Positions 24,965-40,030 of a stretch of DNA of 64,000 nt are shown one piece after another (positions within the stretch are counted from its first letter, which is position 1; each line of letters starts with the position of its first letter). This DNA is from Chrysomallon squamiferum. Its lineage: Eukaryota; Animalia; Mollusca. Below the pieces are notes generated by a model. The model did not search any database. It was not told the DNA's origin and saw only the letters and a list, made by a program, of their open reading frames with translations. The position numbers and the translations under genes were made by a program. The DNA lies in NCBI GenBank assembly GCA_012295275.1, contig CM022669.1, forward strand, positions 17,732,001 through 17,796,000, given 5' to 3'.

Positions 24965-27074
24965 AGAGAGAGGGCGGAAACGTAAATCATCAAAACCTTT
25001 CCAGACAGCATATTCATCATTTTTTTAAAAATAAAATTTGTCTGAGCAGCAATGGAAAGTGTATCGAAATACGACACAAATTTTAACACTGTTCCAAACA
25101 AGGCATCTATCAGGGATGATGATGCACAATAAACTCGTTTTTGTCTTACGGTTTTCGTGTTTAATTAGGAAAATGTTCGGTGTAAATTTTTGTTAGTATC
25201 TGGTTTTGGATAACAACGCCATCAAGATTTAATCTGAACATGACCGAGCTCTGGCTTGGCTAAACAATGACGTAATCGATGCCAGAACTGGCCAGACGTC
25301 TGCAGACGAGTGCCATTCCGTCACATGACCAGAGCACGTGTTCCTGCCAGAGCGACAAAACAAAATGATTCCAGAATAAAAAAATAAACTCTGTGGTTGC
25401 AGAATAAATCTTTTTCATATTCAAAGTTTTTTTGTTTTCTGATTTGCTTTACATAACACCGGATCTGTTGAGTCTTGTTCTCAGCAAAATGGAGCCCACG
25501 TAATGACAGCAGACCAATTAACACAGCAGAATTCATTACGGGAAATTGGGCAGCATCCAGTTGCAGAGTTTATGAAATCGTTAACGTGTTTTAGTTAAAA
25601 ACTGATCCAGAATAGTGTGTATGTATATCAGTGCACGTCATTCCTAATACCACCAATTACTTAATCATTGTTCTACCAACTCTATAATTTAATAAAAAAA
25701 AGGTTTTTGTAATCTGAAGTTTGATCTTTTCATTACTTTTCTATATCTTGTTCCCCCGTACTCGAAAATGATACAGGGGAGCTACACTATGTCAGTATAA
25801 TGCTTACAGTGATAAAAGAGAACTTTAATGAGAACTGCTGCATAACCAGTTTGAGCATCGCTTTGACGATCTTATAAATGTTTTACGTCCATTAGATGAT
25901 CACAAATTGATGTCGTGGAAACAACAACAAAAACAAAAAAAACCTTTAAACTTTAAGCATTTTGTAAATCTTCTAAAAAAGTAAACAGAAAATAATTAAG
26001 ATGACAAGCTAAGTATTATCATAATAGCCCCCCCATACCAAAACAAAAATGCTTTTAAGATAAATGTTTCATATCATAGCTGATTTCAAATTTTATTGGT
26101 TTAGTTCCAATCGTTTAAAAGTACTCTTACCCCCTCTTCGTCTATATCCAAACTGTGTATTCGATAAAGTGATAACACGCAAGGCTAACTCGTTTGCTTT
26201 TTTCGAGATCAAAGGCTGGTCTGGTCTGAGCCTTGATAAGCAAGAACTAATTACAAGCCATTAAGTATGTAAGGTCAAGAGGACGCTTGGTGTAAACACA
26301 GAGCACTTAACAGTTTCTCAGAGAAACTGTGATTTGTTTATTTTGACTTTCAGTAGAATGGTATTTTCATAACATATTCACTGAAAACGTATACAAGATC
26401 AAAACATTTTACAAAGCAATTTTAACAAAACATTCATGAAAACTTACACATGATCAAATCATTACAATATCATAATATGCGTTTTTCATAATGTATTTAT
26501 TGAAAACATGCGCGTAAACAATCGTAATATAACACCCTGCATTTGGGACGTTTTCATAAAATATTTACATTATTAAATTTAATTTTACTGTGGATTGTAA
26601 GGACTGCAGCGTTACCTGCAGGGACGGGTCTGTTATGAAACTAACGAATCTTAAACTTCAGCAATCCTAACAGTAACACAGGCGATTCCCCCAGACGCGA
26701 GTTTAGTCCAGACTGATTAAACAATTTTAATGCGAAGCTGAGAAGAAATAAAAAAAAAAAAGTGTTCTGTCTTGGAACAAGCCCTTTGAAGACGAAAACA
26801 GAGGTTACCCTGACCCCCTATAACAGTTCAAGGTTGATAAATGTAAAAAAATAGCAGCTCAAATAAGGTGCCAAAGAGTATCGAAGATGCATCATATCAT
26901 TAATAAAAGACGTTACTAATAAAATATATGCAATAGGGAATTCTGTTATTTTAACAGAATATCATTTTTTTTTTTAAATGCGTATCTATTTATAAACACA
27001 AAACAATGATATAATTATATGTGTATGTATGGTATAAAATACTAAATGCCAAGGTATCATCATCCACAAGCCCA

Positions 27075-27121
27075 AAAGAAATGAATTTTATTTAAAGAAA
27101 TGAATTTTATTTAAAGAAATG
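27075..27121. repeat. Perfect 19-bp tandem duplication (about 2.5 copies)
   Basis: aaagaaatgaattttattt repeated. Confidence 0.85.
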
Positions 27122-27366
27122 TTTCAATGTTGTATATAATAATGCTAAAATCATTACAGAGTTTATCATAAAGTTTTCAAACTAGATCAAACACGCGAAC
27201 AAAGTTTATTGAAAAACTTCAAGTAGACAGCTTTTGGTGAAGATAAGAAAAATAATATTTATCAAGGAATCATATCAAATGATGGAATCTTGTAAATATT
27301 TCATTACAAACATGACCACTGATCCATTGAATAAATCGAAGGATTAACACTGATAAAACATCTTAC

Positions 27367-27405
27367 CTGAATAAACATGATACCAATGTCCCATACTGAT
27401 GTCAT
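27367..27405 (-). CDS. madd-4: ADAMTS-like candidate proximal first coding exon (signal peptide start)
   Basis: acaATG MTSVWDIGIMFIQ cag|gtaaga, phase 0, in-frame stop upstream; joins IFLAVRA to give a 20-aa signal-like peptide. Confidence 0.55.
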
Positions 27406-27610
27406 TGTAACATTTACCGAATCTTTCTTCCAGTCATAATGTTACAGTAATATTCATTATTCCAGCAAGGTAAACTCCCTTTTGAAAACAAAAAATATTA
27501 TTACGGTCCTCTATTTGTGTATATTTTAAATTCTTGGTTTAAATTATTTCCAAAACCTTCACCTTTATATGTCGTAGTAAATGAAAGCAAATTCCATTCA
27601 TGAATCTTAC

Positions 27611-27845
27611 ACTGATCGCTTCTCCAGCAGTTTTCCCAAAATATCTTCTGTCAGCCAATGAAATTCCAGCGTTCCCACAAAGCGTTACCAACCAGCCAAT
27701 GAAATAAACGGCATTTCTGTAGCCGAAAGTGTCGTCGCTAGCCACTTGAAACCGAAGATCCGGCAGTTATCGGGAAAAGTCGTTAAACTGGGATACCGAT
27801 AATCGGCGAATCCGTGACCATCAAGTTTTTACGTCCAATCAACGG
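27611..27845 (-). promoter_or_regulatory. Putative internal promoter / non-coding exon of the ADAMTSL gene
   Basis: CpG-richer patch with three CCAAT boxes (about 27655, 27696, 27835); donor gt|gtaaga at 27610 could splice to acceptor ttttcaaaag| at 27479. Confidence 0.45.
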
Positions 27846-28299
27846 CCCCAGTATCAATAAACCGGTACCATTAGCTGGATAAAACAGAGTGGGTGCGTTA
27901 AAGCAATTAGTGAGAGATGATGATTTTTGGCCCGAATTATCTAGCATTAAAAACATCAGACATTCTCACGCGTCAGTGAACACGTGCTAAAAGATTGGTA
28001 CTTGCTTCTGGCTCAGTTTTAATGATAGCAAAGTTCTGAATGATGAAGACATCTGCCGGATTGTATGTGGTTCCTTGGTTGTTTTGAATCGCCTCACGAA
28101 TTATTAAATTTTGTTTTGTGTTTATGCACAAAAAGAGATAAAGAGAATGAATGTGTGTGTGTGTGTGTGTATGAGAGAGATAGAGAGAGAGAAAGTGTGT
28201 GTGTGTGCGTATGTGTGAGTGTGAAAAAAAAAAGAGAAACAGTAACATTTCTGAAAATGGATTAATCAATTTGTTGTGTACAAATATGTTTGTGTGTGT

Positions 28300-28495
28300 A
28301 TGTACGTGTGTATCGATATATGTATCTATATATGTATGTATCTATATATGTATGTATCTATATATGTATGTATTTTTGTATGTATGTATGTATGTATGTA
28401 TTTGTATGTATGTATGTATGTATGTATGTATGTATGTATGTATGTATGTTTGTATGTATGTATATGTGTGTGAGTGTGTGTGTGTGTGTGTGTGA
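28300..28495. repeat. (TATG)n/(TG)n microsatellite; similar tracts at 1476-1570, 36260-36456 and 55970-56125
   Basis: Direct reading. Confidence 0.95.
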
Positions 28496-31029
28496 GATGA
28501 AAGTATGTCCCTGTCAAGTTCTGTATATGTGCGTGATATGTGCGTGGTGTTAGCAGACAGGTTTTAAAACTCTTGTTCCGACAGAAGAAAAAAAGGGAAA
28601 AAAAAAAAAAACGACAACAGCTGGTCTGTACCACGATCTTTGCATGAGACGAAATTACATCAGTTATTATTTGGAAAGCAGAAACCAAGACTTCACAGCT
28701 CATGCCATGATAATGTAAAATTTGATGCCATAAAATCTTTACGTGGTGCTCACCGGTTATCATACATCGGCGCAAGTAGATTTCCATCACGTTTAAAAAC
28801 TGAAAAAATCTATTATAAACTGTCATGATATTCAACTAACACGTGCTAAATCTAGAAATATGTCTCTCTCCATTAATAGAATGAGATAAGGTGAAAAATA
28901 TTACGTGTGTCGTTTTGCCGAAGCAAGTTACTACGTAGTTTTTTTTTTTTTATATGGAAGTAATGTAGGGTTGAAATTTACTAGATCAGAGAAAATTAAA
29001 ACAGAATTGATGAAATCCAGAATTGATGTAATCCAGCGATAAAGGAACAAATACAAAATTGAGTATATACAGAAATAAGCAAAGTCGTGTTTTTTATTAT
29101 TATTATTATTATTTTATCATCTGCTAATTCCCTAATTTCAGAAAATAGAAAAATGACTGAGGAAATATAAAACAGAGAATGACTTTGTTCAAACAAACGG
29201 AATCGTGCTATTAGAACCACATTTTAAAAACAACACAACTCGGCAAACTCTAAACAGTTTTAACATGTTTGAAAAACAAACGCCCGCCGTTTTTAACTAA
29301 TTTATTTTATAAATATACACAAAGAAACGCAGCTAAATCAACAAATTTTCACGATAATTTCTTTTCTTTGTTTTTTGCCCCATTTTCATGGCCATTTATC
29401 TGTTGCCGATGCTACTAATTTATTTACTTTAACCATAACATAAGTATATTAATTTTATATGCATGGTAAACACACGCGAGCCATGTAACGCATGCATGAT
29501 CCTTGCGTATTTAGACGTTGAGTGCCAAGAAGCGTCTGCTGTGAATGCAGAGACGTAATCCTATCCTAAAACAGCAAGTGGTGATGAGGCACCAGACTTA
29601 TTAGAGAGGAAGTATTAATATACATTTCTGTCATTCACAATTAACGGGCAACCTCCCTGCACGAACAGCGGTTAGAAATTATTTAGGATAGTTACAGGAA
29701 TGGGGAGGGGGAAACCACACACACATACAGACACACACACACACACACACAAAAAACAAAAAAAAACATCAACAACAAACAAAGAAGAAAGTGAAAAGAC
29801 AAAGGACAAAAACTCGCAAAACAAAACAAAAATCAAATAGAAAACTACAGCAAATAATATATTCTTAAAACAATAAAAATAATAATAAACAAAAACAGTA
29901 ACTATAATAATAAATGAAGGTTGAACTGGTCATGAGAGCATGGCAATTTCAGTTCCCATAATTTTGGCTTGAACAACAGAATGTATCAAATCGTTTAACT
30001 GGCAGTTCATTTGTTGGTGCTAATCTAACATTTTCATTGACTATCTTTTCATCTTATTTTTCAAGTTTGAGACAACTCCTAATTTTCTTTTTCCTCCCTA
30101 CTTTACAGTCTAAATTCTCAAACTGTACGGTGATATGCGAATTTTGATTCTGTTCACCTCACCACCTGTTTCGGAAACGATTTGCACACACCTGCAAATA
30201 ACTCACGCATATCGTCTAATTCTATTGAATTCTTTTCGGCTAACATGTCATAAATAGAAATTTAAGTGTACAGTCAGAAAGGAAATTCCATATAATAAAG
30301 ATAAGTACAAAAGCTCAGAGGAAAAAGATATCTTATATTATATTAAATTATACATGCAGTTCGAAAATTAATTTTTTTGACAGATCGACCGAACACAAGG
30401 CTTAGCCAGTGTATGACATGCAATGTGTGAATGCTATTCATGTGTATGTTCATTCAAACTCAAGACTAATTCGACAGACTGTCAATTTGTCACAGGTGAA
30501 TCAACTCGAATATAATAAATCTCCTCGAAAGCGTGCTTCACTAATCTTAACTCCGTTCAAAACCCTTCAGCGCCAATTGTCCGGCTTGAGGCATTTAACG
30601 GTATCTTTAAGTGACCCTTAATGAAATGATGATCTCTGACCTTTCGTCAGGTGACCCCTATTAAACGAGCGACCTTCTTTTTTTTTTTTTTTTGTTGTTC
30701 AGCCTTTTCCATAACGAACAGGTATCAGTTTATCACATAGGCTTTTGCACGTGTTGTTTGCAAAGAATTATGAAGCGCGATGTGGGTTTGAACAATCTCG
30801 AGGACCTTTTCTTTAGCTTTTTATTCTGTGTCGCACAAGCGAAACAAGGACGAGTAAACACCGTAACAATCCACTAAGTTGTATCTTTATCACTTCACCG
30901 TGGCAGGGAGCCTATCAGTAACGCGTTTTAGCTGCTGATGTTTGAACTGTAAACCGAACTGTACGAATAGGCTAATACTCTTTTATTTGATTTTGTCTTT
31001 TGTATTAAAATGCTCAAGTTTCAAATTAT

Positions 31030-31165
31030 ATACAGTCGAACCAGTTTATGGGGCTTCTCGAGGGACCAGGCAGAAGTGGTCATACAGTGATAAATATTTA
31101 ACAGAATAAATACACTGTGGATGAAACGTTAAAATAACAGACTGCTGATATACAGGTGACCGGGA
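31030..31165 (+). mobile_element. Degenerate Tc1/pogo-type MITE fragment
   Basis: TA|CAGTCGAACC terminus followed by gggacc...aagtggtc and tatacaggtgacc, typical of such MITEs; second TIR not found. Confidence 0.35.
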
Positions 31166-31268
31166 TTATTACAAACAATTAATATTTTATTTGTTAGCAA
31201 ACACAGACTGTGAGTTGTAGCAATTACAGGATTGATGTGGTGATAGATGAAACTTTAAAACAAAATCT

Positions 31269-31377
<109 letters not shown>

Positions 31378-32383
31378 ATACAAACAAACAAAACACAAAA
31401 CTTTTCTCTTTTCACTAATCTTTTATGTACAAAATTTTATATCTTGAAAAAAAAGAAAAAAGAATTTTATTATTATTATCATCATAATCATCATCATCAT
31501 CATTACTTTTTAAATTCTTTCCAAAATGCATTCAAAAAGTCGTTCTTTAATTTAATGTTAAAAGAAACAGATCAATTTTAAAACATGTTAAAAAAACACA
31601 AGAGGAAGGGAAGGTCAATCGTATTTATTTTGTTTCCACTTCATTATACAAGCAGGTGTCTGTCCATTTTCTAAAACCATTCAAAAAAAAAAAAAAAAAA
31701 ACCTGATCTTTGTAGGTGGGCTTATTTAGTGGCGATAAAACAAATTACCCAGACTCGATGCGAAAAATTCGATTTGCTTTACCGTTTCTGCAAACAGCGC
31801 GTTGCCAGTGTATTTTTAAACTCTCGTCAGTCAAGCTGGTGAACCGAAAACTACACAGATGAACCGCATTAACACTTTGCATTTTCCAGCCAGTACGGCG
31901 TACCACCTCGAAACCAGTCGCGGACATGTCACCAGCAGCGGCTCCGTGCTATAAATCACCGCAAAGTGACGATGTGCGCCAAATCAACCGTGCCCAACTG
32001 TCAAGGGTGACGTGTCGTTCAGAATTAACCCAGATCGTGAGAAACCTGAGACGTTTAATTGGCTTTGACGTGACTTTTTACGCAACCAAATGTTTGGGCT
32101 TCTGTCGAATATCGTAATATTTTTTAAGACATTTAGCCTTATATTTCAAAAGAAAAGTCTTTTGCTGACTACCAGGCAACATTTTAAAGACGTTTGGCCA
32201 TCTTATTATTACTGTATTAAAAAATACAGTTACTAATAACTGTTCTTAACAACAAATATATAGCAAATAAACTTCAGCTTTGTTCCATATCTCGTAATGG
32301 AATTTAATGTCTTTTTGGTTTTATACTAACCACTGAAAACTATTCTTAATAAATTAATCCCTAGCAAATAGTTTCCATATATT

Positions 32384-32422
<39 letters not shown>

Positions 32423-32897
32423 TTTCTGTGATAGAGTTTTATTCTTGCGTTTCTTATCCTGCAGAGTGGATTTATCAGTCTCTGTGAACCGAATCCCCTT
32501 TGCATTTATCGAGAAGCGGATATCTGCGGAATCTATTAAAAGCAATTAATAAGATAGCTGTACACGGGAGAAATGTTTTTTCTTTGCTTCACTAGCTAAA
32601 TACGGACGCTATCTACGAACAAGCATCTGTTACGGACAGGGCGACTGATTGATCACGTGTGATGTTCACGGCAAACGTGCTTGGTATTATTAATCATATA
32701 AATCGCCCCATTTCTACAAGTTGTTCACACGCAGACTTGAGAAAGACGGGTCTGCCGATTAGGATATAATGTTACCGAGAGTCATTTTTTTTTATACATT
32801 TCTTTTTTTATTTTTCTACTTCTTTTTTTTTTTTAGGCTTTTTCATTGGTTTGAAAAGGAGAAATGTGTTCTTGATCAAGAGATTTTACATTCATTT

Positions 32898-32955
<58 letters not shown>

Positions 32956-33484
32956 CAACAGCAGCAACAACAAAAACAGTAGTAAAAATAGTAATAATAA
33001 TAATATTAACACAATAACAATAATAATAATAATAATAAATGGAAAAGATGATAAAAATAATGATGACGATGATAATAATAAATAAATAAATAAATAAATA
33101 AGAATGCTTCCATTAAATACTTCTGTTCCATAAAATACTTCTGTTCCATCAGCCAAGCCCTTTAAATGTGTACTTACGACGACGTGATCTGAACACTGAA
33201 TGTACGGATTCACCTCGATATCTCGAATTGTTCATTTACTGTTTAGTATTTACTCAACTTACAACTTACACCTTTGACACTGAGTATGCCGAGTTCAAGT
33301 GACGAGAAACATGTCTGTCTCAATAAGTACTGTTATCTGTTTTATTGAACAATTCTCTTAACAGGTCAATATTAACATTCTTAGGTAGTGGGTTCGAAAC
33401 CTGAAGAAAACTACTTTTTTTTTTTTTTTTTTTTTTTCTAAATGTTCCTATATCGTTCTTGAACATTTAAGGATTTTTGTTTAT

Positions 33485-33560
33485 ATAGGTCGCAGGATCA
33501 ACCCTCATGAGAGCTCCAATTAGGCTATTTTCCCCATTACAATCAGAGGTTAACGACAAC
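33485..33560. mobile_element. SINE-like remnant, opposite orientation
   Basis: ggtcgcaggatcaaccctc...attaggctattttcccc, tRNA B-box-like head; approximately reverse-complementary to about 1235-1285. Confidence 0.3.
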
Positions 33561-34580
33561 GAAATTCTTCTATTAAAAACTATGTTTAATAACCCGTTAA
33601 TATTAGAATATCTTATATTATTTAACTGACTAACTAACTCAACTCAACTCAACTCTTCAACAAATCTTTCTTGTCCAGACAATAACACTTCAAGGATTTT
33701 ATAAACTTACAAGACATTAACGAGAGTTAATTCCGTTCGATATAATATTATAGCGATGTTTAACGTGATTTATTCTCTTTACATAAACACTGAGTACATT
33801 TCTATTAAATTATTATGAACACGATTTCTGCTGAAGGCGAGCGTGCTATTTATGATGAACTGTAACCACACTACCCCAGACGGTAATTCCCCCCCTCTCC
33901 GTCTCTGATTCTGCTTTGATGTTGGGCTATTTATATCTTCAGCATGTGGTTTTAATCAGTATTTAATATTTCATACAACTTGTAATGCTCCACGATCGTA
34001 CAGACAAACTAAGAAATATGGTTTATTTTGTGTTTTCTACAAGTTAATGATATGGAGATATGTCACTAAGAACTATTTCTTCGTTGAAATTTGTTCAAAT
34101 TAGACCATATGAAGATTCACTTGATATAATGATTCCGCTGTTGAAGTTAGGACCACATATTTCGTTAAATTTGGTCTATACGAACCTTTATTGTTTAGAA
34201 CGATTATTTATTTATTTATTTATTTTCCAATTATGGTCACTTTGGTTTATATAAAGATACATGTGATCTGACAGAGGGTCAGATCAGTGCATATGAAGAT
34301 ATATCTCATAAAAGTAATTCCTTGGTTGAATTATGATTCATTTGGTATCTGTGAAGCTACAGATGACGAAAACGATAACTCTTTTGAAATGTCAGTTTAA
34401 TCTACATTATTATGAACGATATGTTAAATATGGCAAAAGTAAAAAATTTTAAATTTAATATGATCAGGAGTTGTTTGCATTTAGTTTCGGCTTTCGTTAC
34501 CTTTATATAGCACTGTTAATTACAGACTATTTATAAATTGGTTTAACATAGATTTCCAAAATGACGATTATATATAAAAT

Positions 34581-34725
<145 letters not shown>

Positions 34726-35982
34726 TTATAAAGCCATCAATGTGGAAATAGACACCTAAAATTAAAAACACATAAATAAAATCTGAAAACTAGATACGTC
34801 TCTCATTCGTGAAATTTTTCTTCTTCAGATATATTTTTCTTTGATAATGTATCAAGAATCTTACATTCCACCAAGCTTAATATAGTTGTAAGATTCAGGA
34901 AGAAGATATACAGAACCCATTACTCACAGTTAAAATGATTTATTATAGGCAAAATAAAAAATAAAGATTGTCATATAAACATTGTGTATATATATATATA
35001 TATATATATATTTGTTTGTTTCCTTTTACTGCTCTCATTTGATTTCTCTCTCTTTTATTTAATTTTAAGTTTCTTCTTTAATTTTAAAATTTAATTTTAA
35101 AACTTTTCTGTTTCTATCAAACAGAGATATTTATCACGACACATGTAAACATTTTGTAGAGCCTACACATACTCAAACAGAATCAATATTACGTACGGCT
35201 CAGCCATCATTATTTTTACGAGACACGCGGCACCAAAAGAAAATGTTTTAACACTTACATCGATGTGTGGCTTCTAACGAACAACATTCTCCACATTCGC
35301 AACACCCCAAACATTTACAACCCGTAAACTGTTCTCTTTTTCTTTCCCCCATGTTATAAATCAAAACAGAAAATAGCTTTGAAAACAAGACGATGACAAT
35401 TCACCGCAATCCTATCGTCTGCTGATTATCTCGTCTGCTTCATTTGTGCAATTGTTGTTTAATTCCCCTCTAACCGTGTAGACCTCACAAGCCGATTTCT
35501 CCTGTGTGATACGACGGTTTCCAGCACCTCCGTGAGCAGTTTATCTTCACATTACAACACGATAATCTCCGTGATGTTGACCAAGAGCATCGTGTTTCAA
35601 ACACGTTATGAAACACAACTCGCAACCTTTCGGCTGAACACGAAGTTCAAGTCGAGTAGTGTGTCTGGGCAGACCGATAAGTTCCGGATTACGCAAAATC
35701 CCACAAAAACAGAAAACTTAAACCACAAAGACAAATAAATAGTCGATGACTTCGGTTTGGGGCAGTTTACAGGGTCCAAATATTTTTTTTACTTTAATTA
35801 TTTTTTTTTTTTTTCTTTAGAAGAGTAAGAGTCGTTTAAACAATAAAGATGTCAAGAGAGAGAGAGTTTAATAGTTTACGTTACAGCGAAATTGCATTTC
35901 TGTAAGTAGGTAAGTATTGTTTATGTAAAACAGTTAAATACTTTCTCTAAGAACTGGTATCAAAAATCAAATATAGTTATAT

Positions 35983-36004
<22 letters not shown>

Positions 36005-36015
<11 letters not shown>

Positions 36016-36125
36016 TGTAATCATGATGTGACAGAGAAAAGCCGCTAGGCTACTCTTACGGATTAACAGCAAGAGAACATTTACATTCACTTACCCATGG
36101 GCAGGAAAGTCTATTTCATGGTTAA
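36005..36125. mobile_element. SINE-like remnant
   Basis: ggctactcttacggattaacagcaagagaacatttacattcacttacccatgggcagga resembles the second half of 6105-6375. Confidence 0.35.
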
Positions 36126-36423
36126 AGGTACAGGCAATTTCAATGGTAAATAGCTTAATGAGATATTAAAACATGCAAATATAAATGTACTAGAGGTTTA
36201 AATAACATTCACAGACACTCGCAGAATCGCACACTCACAAGAAAACACATATAGACATGAATGTATACATACATAGACACATACATATAGAGAGACTGGC
36301 AGACACTCATACATACATACATACATGCAAACATATATACATACATTTATCCATTCATGCGTGCATGCATACATACATACATACAACATACATAGATACG
36401 TATATATACACACACATACACAA

Positions 36424-36460
<37 letters not shown>

Positions 36461-37708
36461 TTACTTACGTACACAAACCTACACATCACTAACATTTCAA
36501 GAGAAGTCTACATAACTAAAAGCTACAAGTTAACGGTACATTTAGCACTCGCCATAAAATGTGTACCCAATCTCAAAGCAATAAAACACGAGACGTCCCA
36601 AAGAGCACGATAAATTCACCAACCATCGATCGTTCCTTCGAACATTTTCGGCACTCAAAGAAATGTTATACGACCTTCAGTATATGTACGTCATGAATTA
36701 TTGGAATATATTTTATGGCAAGGGTACATGAAAGCCTCGTACAAAGTCACTTGTGCAATTACTTCGGCAGTTACAAAATATCAACGTAATAAAATTTTTA
36801 TCAGAGAAATCCTCTCTTGTGTGCTAAAATGGAAAGAGAAATCTCAGAAGTGACACACCGTCAAGTGCGCTGACCGAGCTCGCTGTTGTAAATCAATAAA
36901 ACGCCATCGATTTAATCACGTCGTAAATCCAATGCTGATCTCACTGTTTTAACAAACATGTCTCTTTCTGCCAGTGTCTTTAGTACGACAATCCAGGAAA
37001 AATAACAGAGCACCTAGCACCACGCCATTGTCCCTATCTTTTTATTGAACAGCTATTTTATAGAACCCCAGCATGCAAGTTAAAGTTATATACTATGACA
37101 CTGTGGAAGGTTTAGAACAACTCTCCACTTTAGGTAAAAGACTCTTTGTGTTTGGCAGACTCCTAGTTAGAGTATACAAAAGTTATTTCCAGTAGCTTGT
37201 TCTGACTTACGTCAAAAGTAATTCAGAATGTTGCTACCTGGAATCGCATACAAGTTAATCGAGGTGATACCAAACATCACTACCTTCACTTATTTCTAAC
37301 TCATCCTCTAAGAGTGTCAAGAAAACAGCCAAGCTGTATACTGAAGATACGCGTGCTCGAACTTTTGAATATTCAAGTCATTCTTAAAACTTCAGAAAAT
37401 GATGGATTGACCAAATGATTCTCAAGTGTGATGAATCTTAACCGGATCTATCACCGACGTGATCCAATACAGGAATACGTAATCTGACATTAACTTCCAG
37501 AACATATATCACTTCAGCTCACGCCTTCAAATTCTTTACGTTTGAATATATAGCAACAATACTGTTTTTTAGACTTCGGTGATGATGCAATATATAATGA
37601 TGTCAAAACTGATTTAGAAATTCAATTAAACGTAAATTGTGAAATTATTTTGAAAAGAGAAATAATAATAAAAAACAGACTACGAACAAACTGATATATA
37701 TATATATA

Positions 37709-37826
<118 letters not shown>

Positions 37827-39237
37827 GAATAGTCTACGAAATTATAATCATACCCTTTTATCTACAGTTCAGTTAGAAAAGAGAAAGGAATATACAGAAC
37901 TACTAAGACGACAGAAATTTCAGGGATTCTTTCAGTTCCGAAATAGGATTCCTAATAAAATGTTTGAGTGTTTTCTCTCATTGTTCCTATGTGGCTAGTC
38001 ACACTTTCTTTTCGTAATGTAAAATTTTTTTTTTTTTTTTTTTTTTTCTTTCTTCTCTTTCTAACAAGTGTCCAAACATCAAAAAACGATTTCAAATCTG
38101 ATCCGAATTAAACAGTAGTGGTCCGGAAACAACACGTGACCCAGATGTAAAAATCGGTTGCACGTGAGAACTGTAATGTGGCACGCGCGGCCGCCATAGT
38201 GACGGTTTCGTTCGTGATGGTTTCAATGAAAGAAAATGAAAACCACACTTCAGCGAAAAAAAACACGAGTCAAACATGCCCTAAACGGGAATTAAGTGGA
38301 CCTACTGAAGAGAAAGAAAAGTCTCTATGGAACACAATAACGTTTGAAATACTATCTTCTTGATAGCAATGAGATAATCCTAATGGCGGGCTTTTCAGTT
38401 TAGTGTGACCGACTTTCTCTGTAAAGACAGAAAACAAATTTATTAAATTCTTGCTGGAGGAATACTTACTGTTGTATTTATTTAGAGTAGAACAAATCCA
38501 ACTGGCTCACAGAACACGTGTAGTCTCTTTTCCCCCACCCACCTCCCTAAACTTTATATATCTGGCACAAAAGATCAGTCTGGGTCTACTGCACTTAACA
38601 AAAATAAGTACAGATGGTACAACAACTGTAAGTGATACTTTGGTCTGTTATCCGCACACCACAGTACAGTTCCAACATATACATTTATTTTTGCTGAATT
38701 ATCATGTATGGTTTTTATCTACTAAAAGATTACAGAAACCAAATAATAATAAATTATAAAAGTAAATCAGACGTTTTACACGAATCTCAATAGATAATAT
38801 ATATTAAGACAGAGAGGTTTGTTTTATTTTGTTACCCATTATTTTTTTCTCTCTTTATTTTTTTTTTCCGTTGCAATAATAACGACTTTGAATGTTTTTC
38901 TTTCCGAATTAAAACTGTGGTTGCCACCTGTTTCAAATCATCAACTTTTACTCTTTTTTTCAAAACTGTTCCGTATTCTGTCCCATTGCTGCATGTGCTG
39001 AAACTATCAACAGTTTCTCTCTGCTAGACACACGCAGACATGCAGGCAACATTTTGAACACGTGTGCACGTAACTTTCAGAGGTCAGAGGTCGAAAAGTA
39101 TCCACATCTGTATGGCACGTGCATTGTTCTGTGAGGGCGGGAACGAGTAAAGTACAAAAAACTTGCATTTTTTTATTTGTATTATTTTTTTTGGGGGTAT
39201 TGTTATTTCCTTTGGATGTTTTGTGTGTGTGCATGTA

Positions 39238-39356
<119 letters not shown>

Positions 39357-39999
39357 CCTGGTTTCAGAAGTGCGCCATTTGCGTAAGAAATGAGATTAAT
39401 AAACCTCAGTCGAAAGTAAATAAATAAAAACGAATATTTGTTTAATAACATCTGAACACATTTAAGCAGTAAAGGAATTTTGTTTTTTCAGTGCTATAAC
39501 TGCTTAGTATTTGATAACATAAGAAAACACTGGTTACTCTAATCAATTAGCTTGAAATTATTTATCATACTATGCGCATCCCCGTGTACAGGAAAGAACA
39601 TAACTAAATATCTGACTTGTAAGTCGTCACAACTACCTGGTATTTTACGTTCAGGACATTTTAACAAACTGTACTCTTGTTTTCTGAGATCGTGAGATTC
39701 TGAGTTGTCAAACTGAAAACTGCTATCAATCAGTATTTCTTGGAATGTCACGTTTAACAGCTAGTTCACAAATTTTGACGTGTGAAAAGCGAAAATATTA
39801 AGTGGTACACAAAGATGTATTTTTCCAAAAATGTTAACAGAATATGGTTTATACAAGGTCAGAGTTTCTGCATTTTTCTGCATAAGGCGAATGTAAAAGA
39901 TGTTGGCATCTGTCGGATTTCAGTATGTATATCACAGTCTGGTTTAAAAATATATATATAAATCACTGTTATACTAAAAACCTTATCAATCATATATAG

Positions 40000-40030
<31 letters not shown>

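Noticed and set aside
33203-33235. pogo/Tigger MITE-like cctcgatatctcgaa
   Set aside because: Too short to delimit an element
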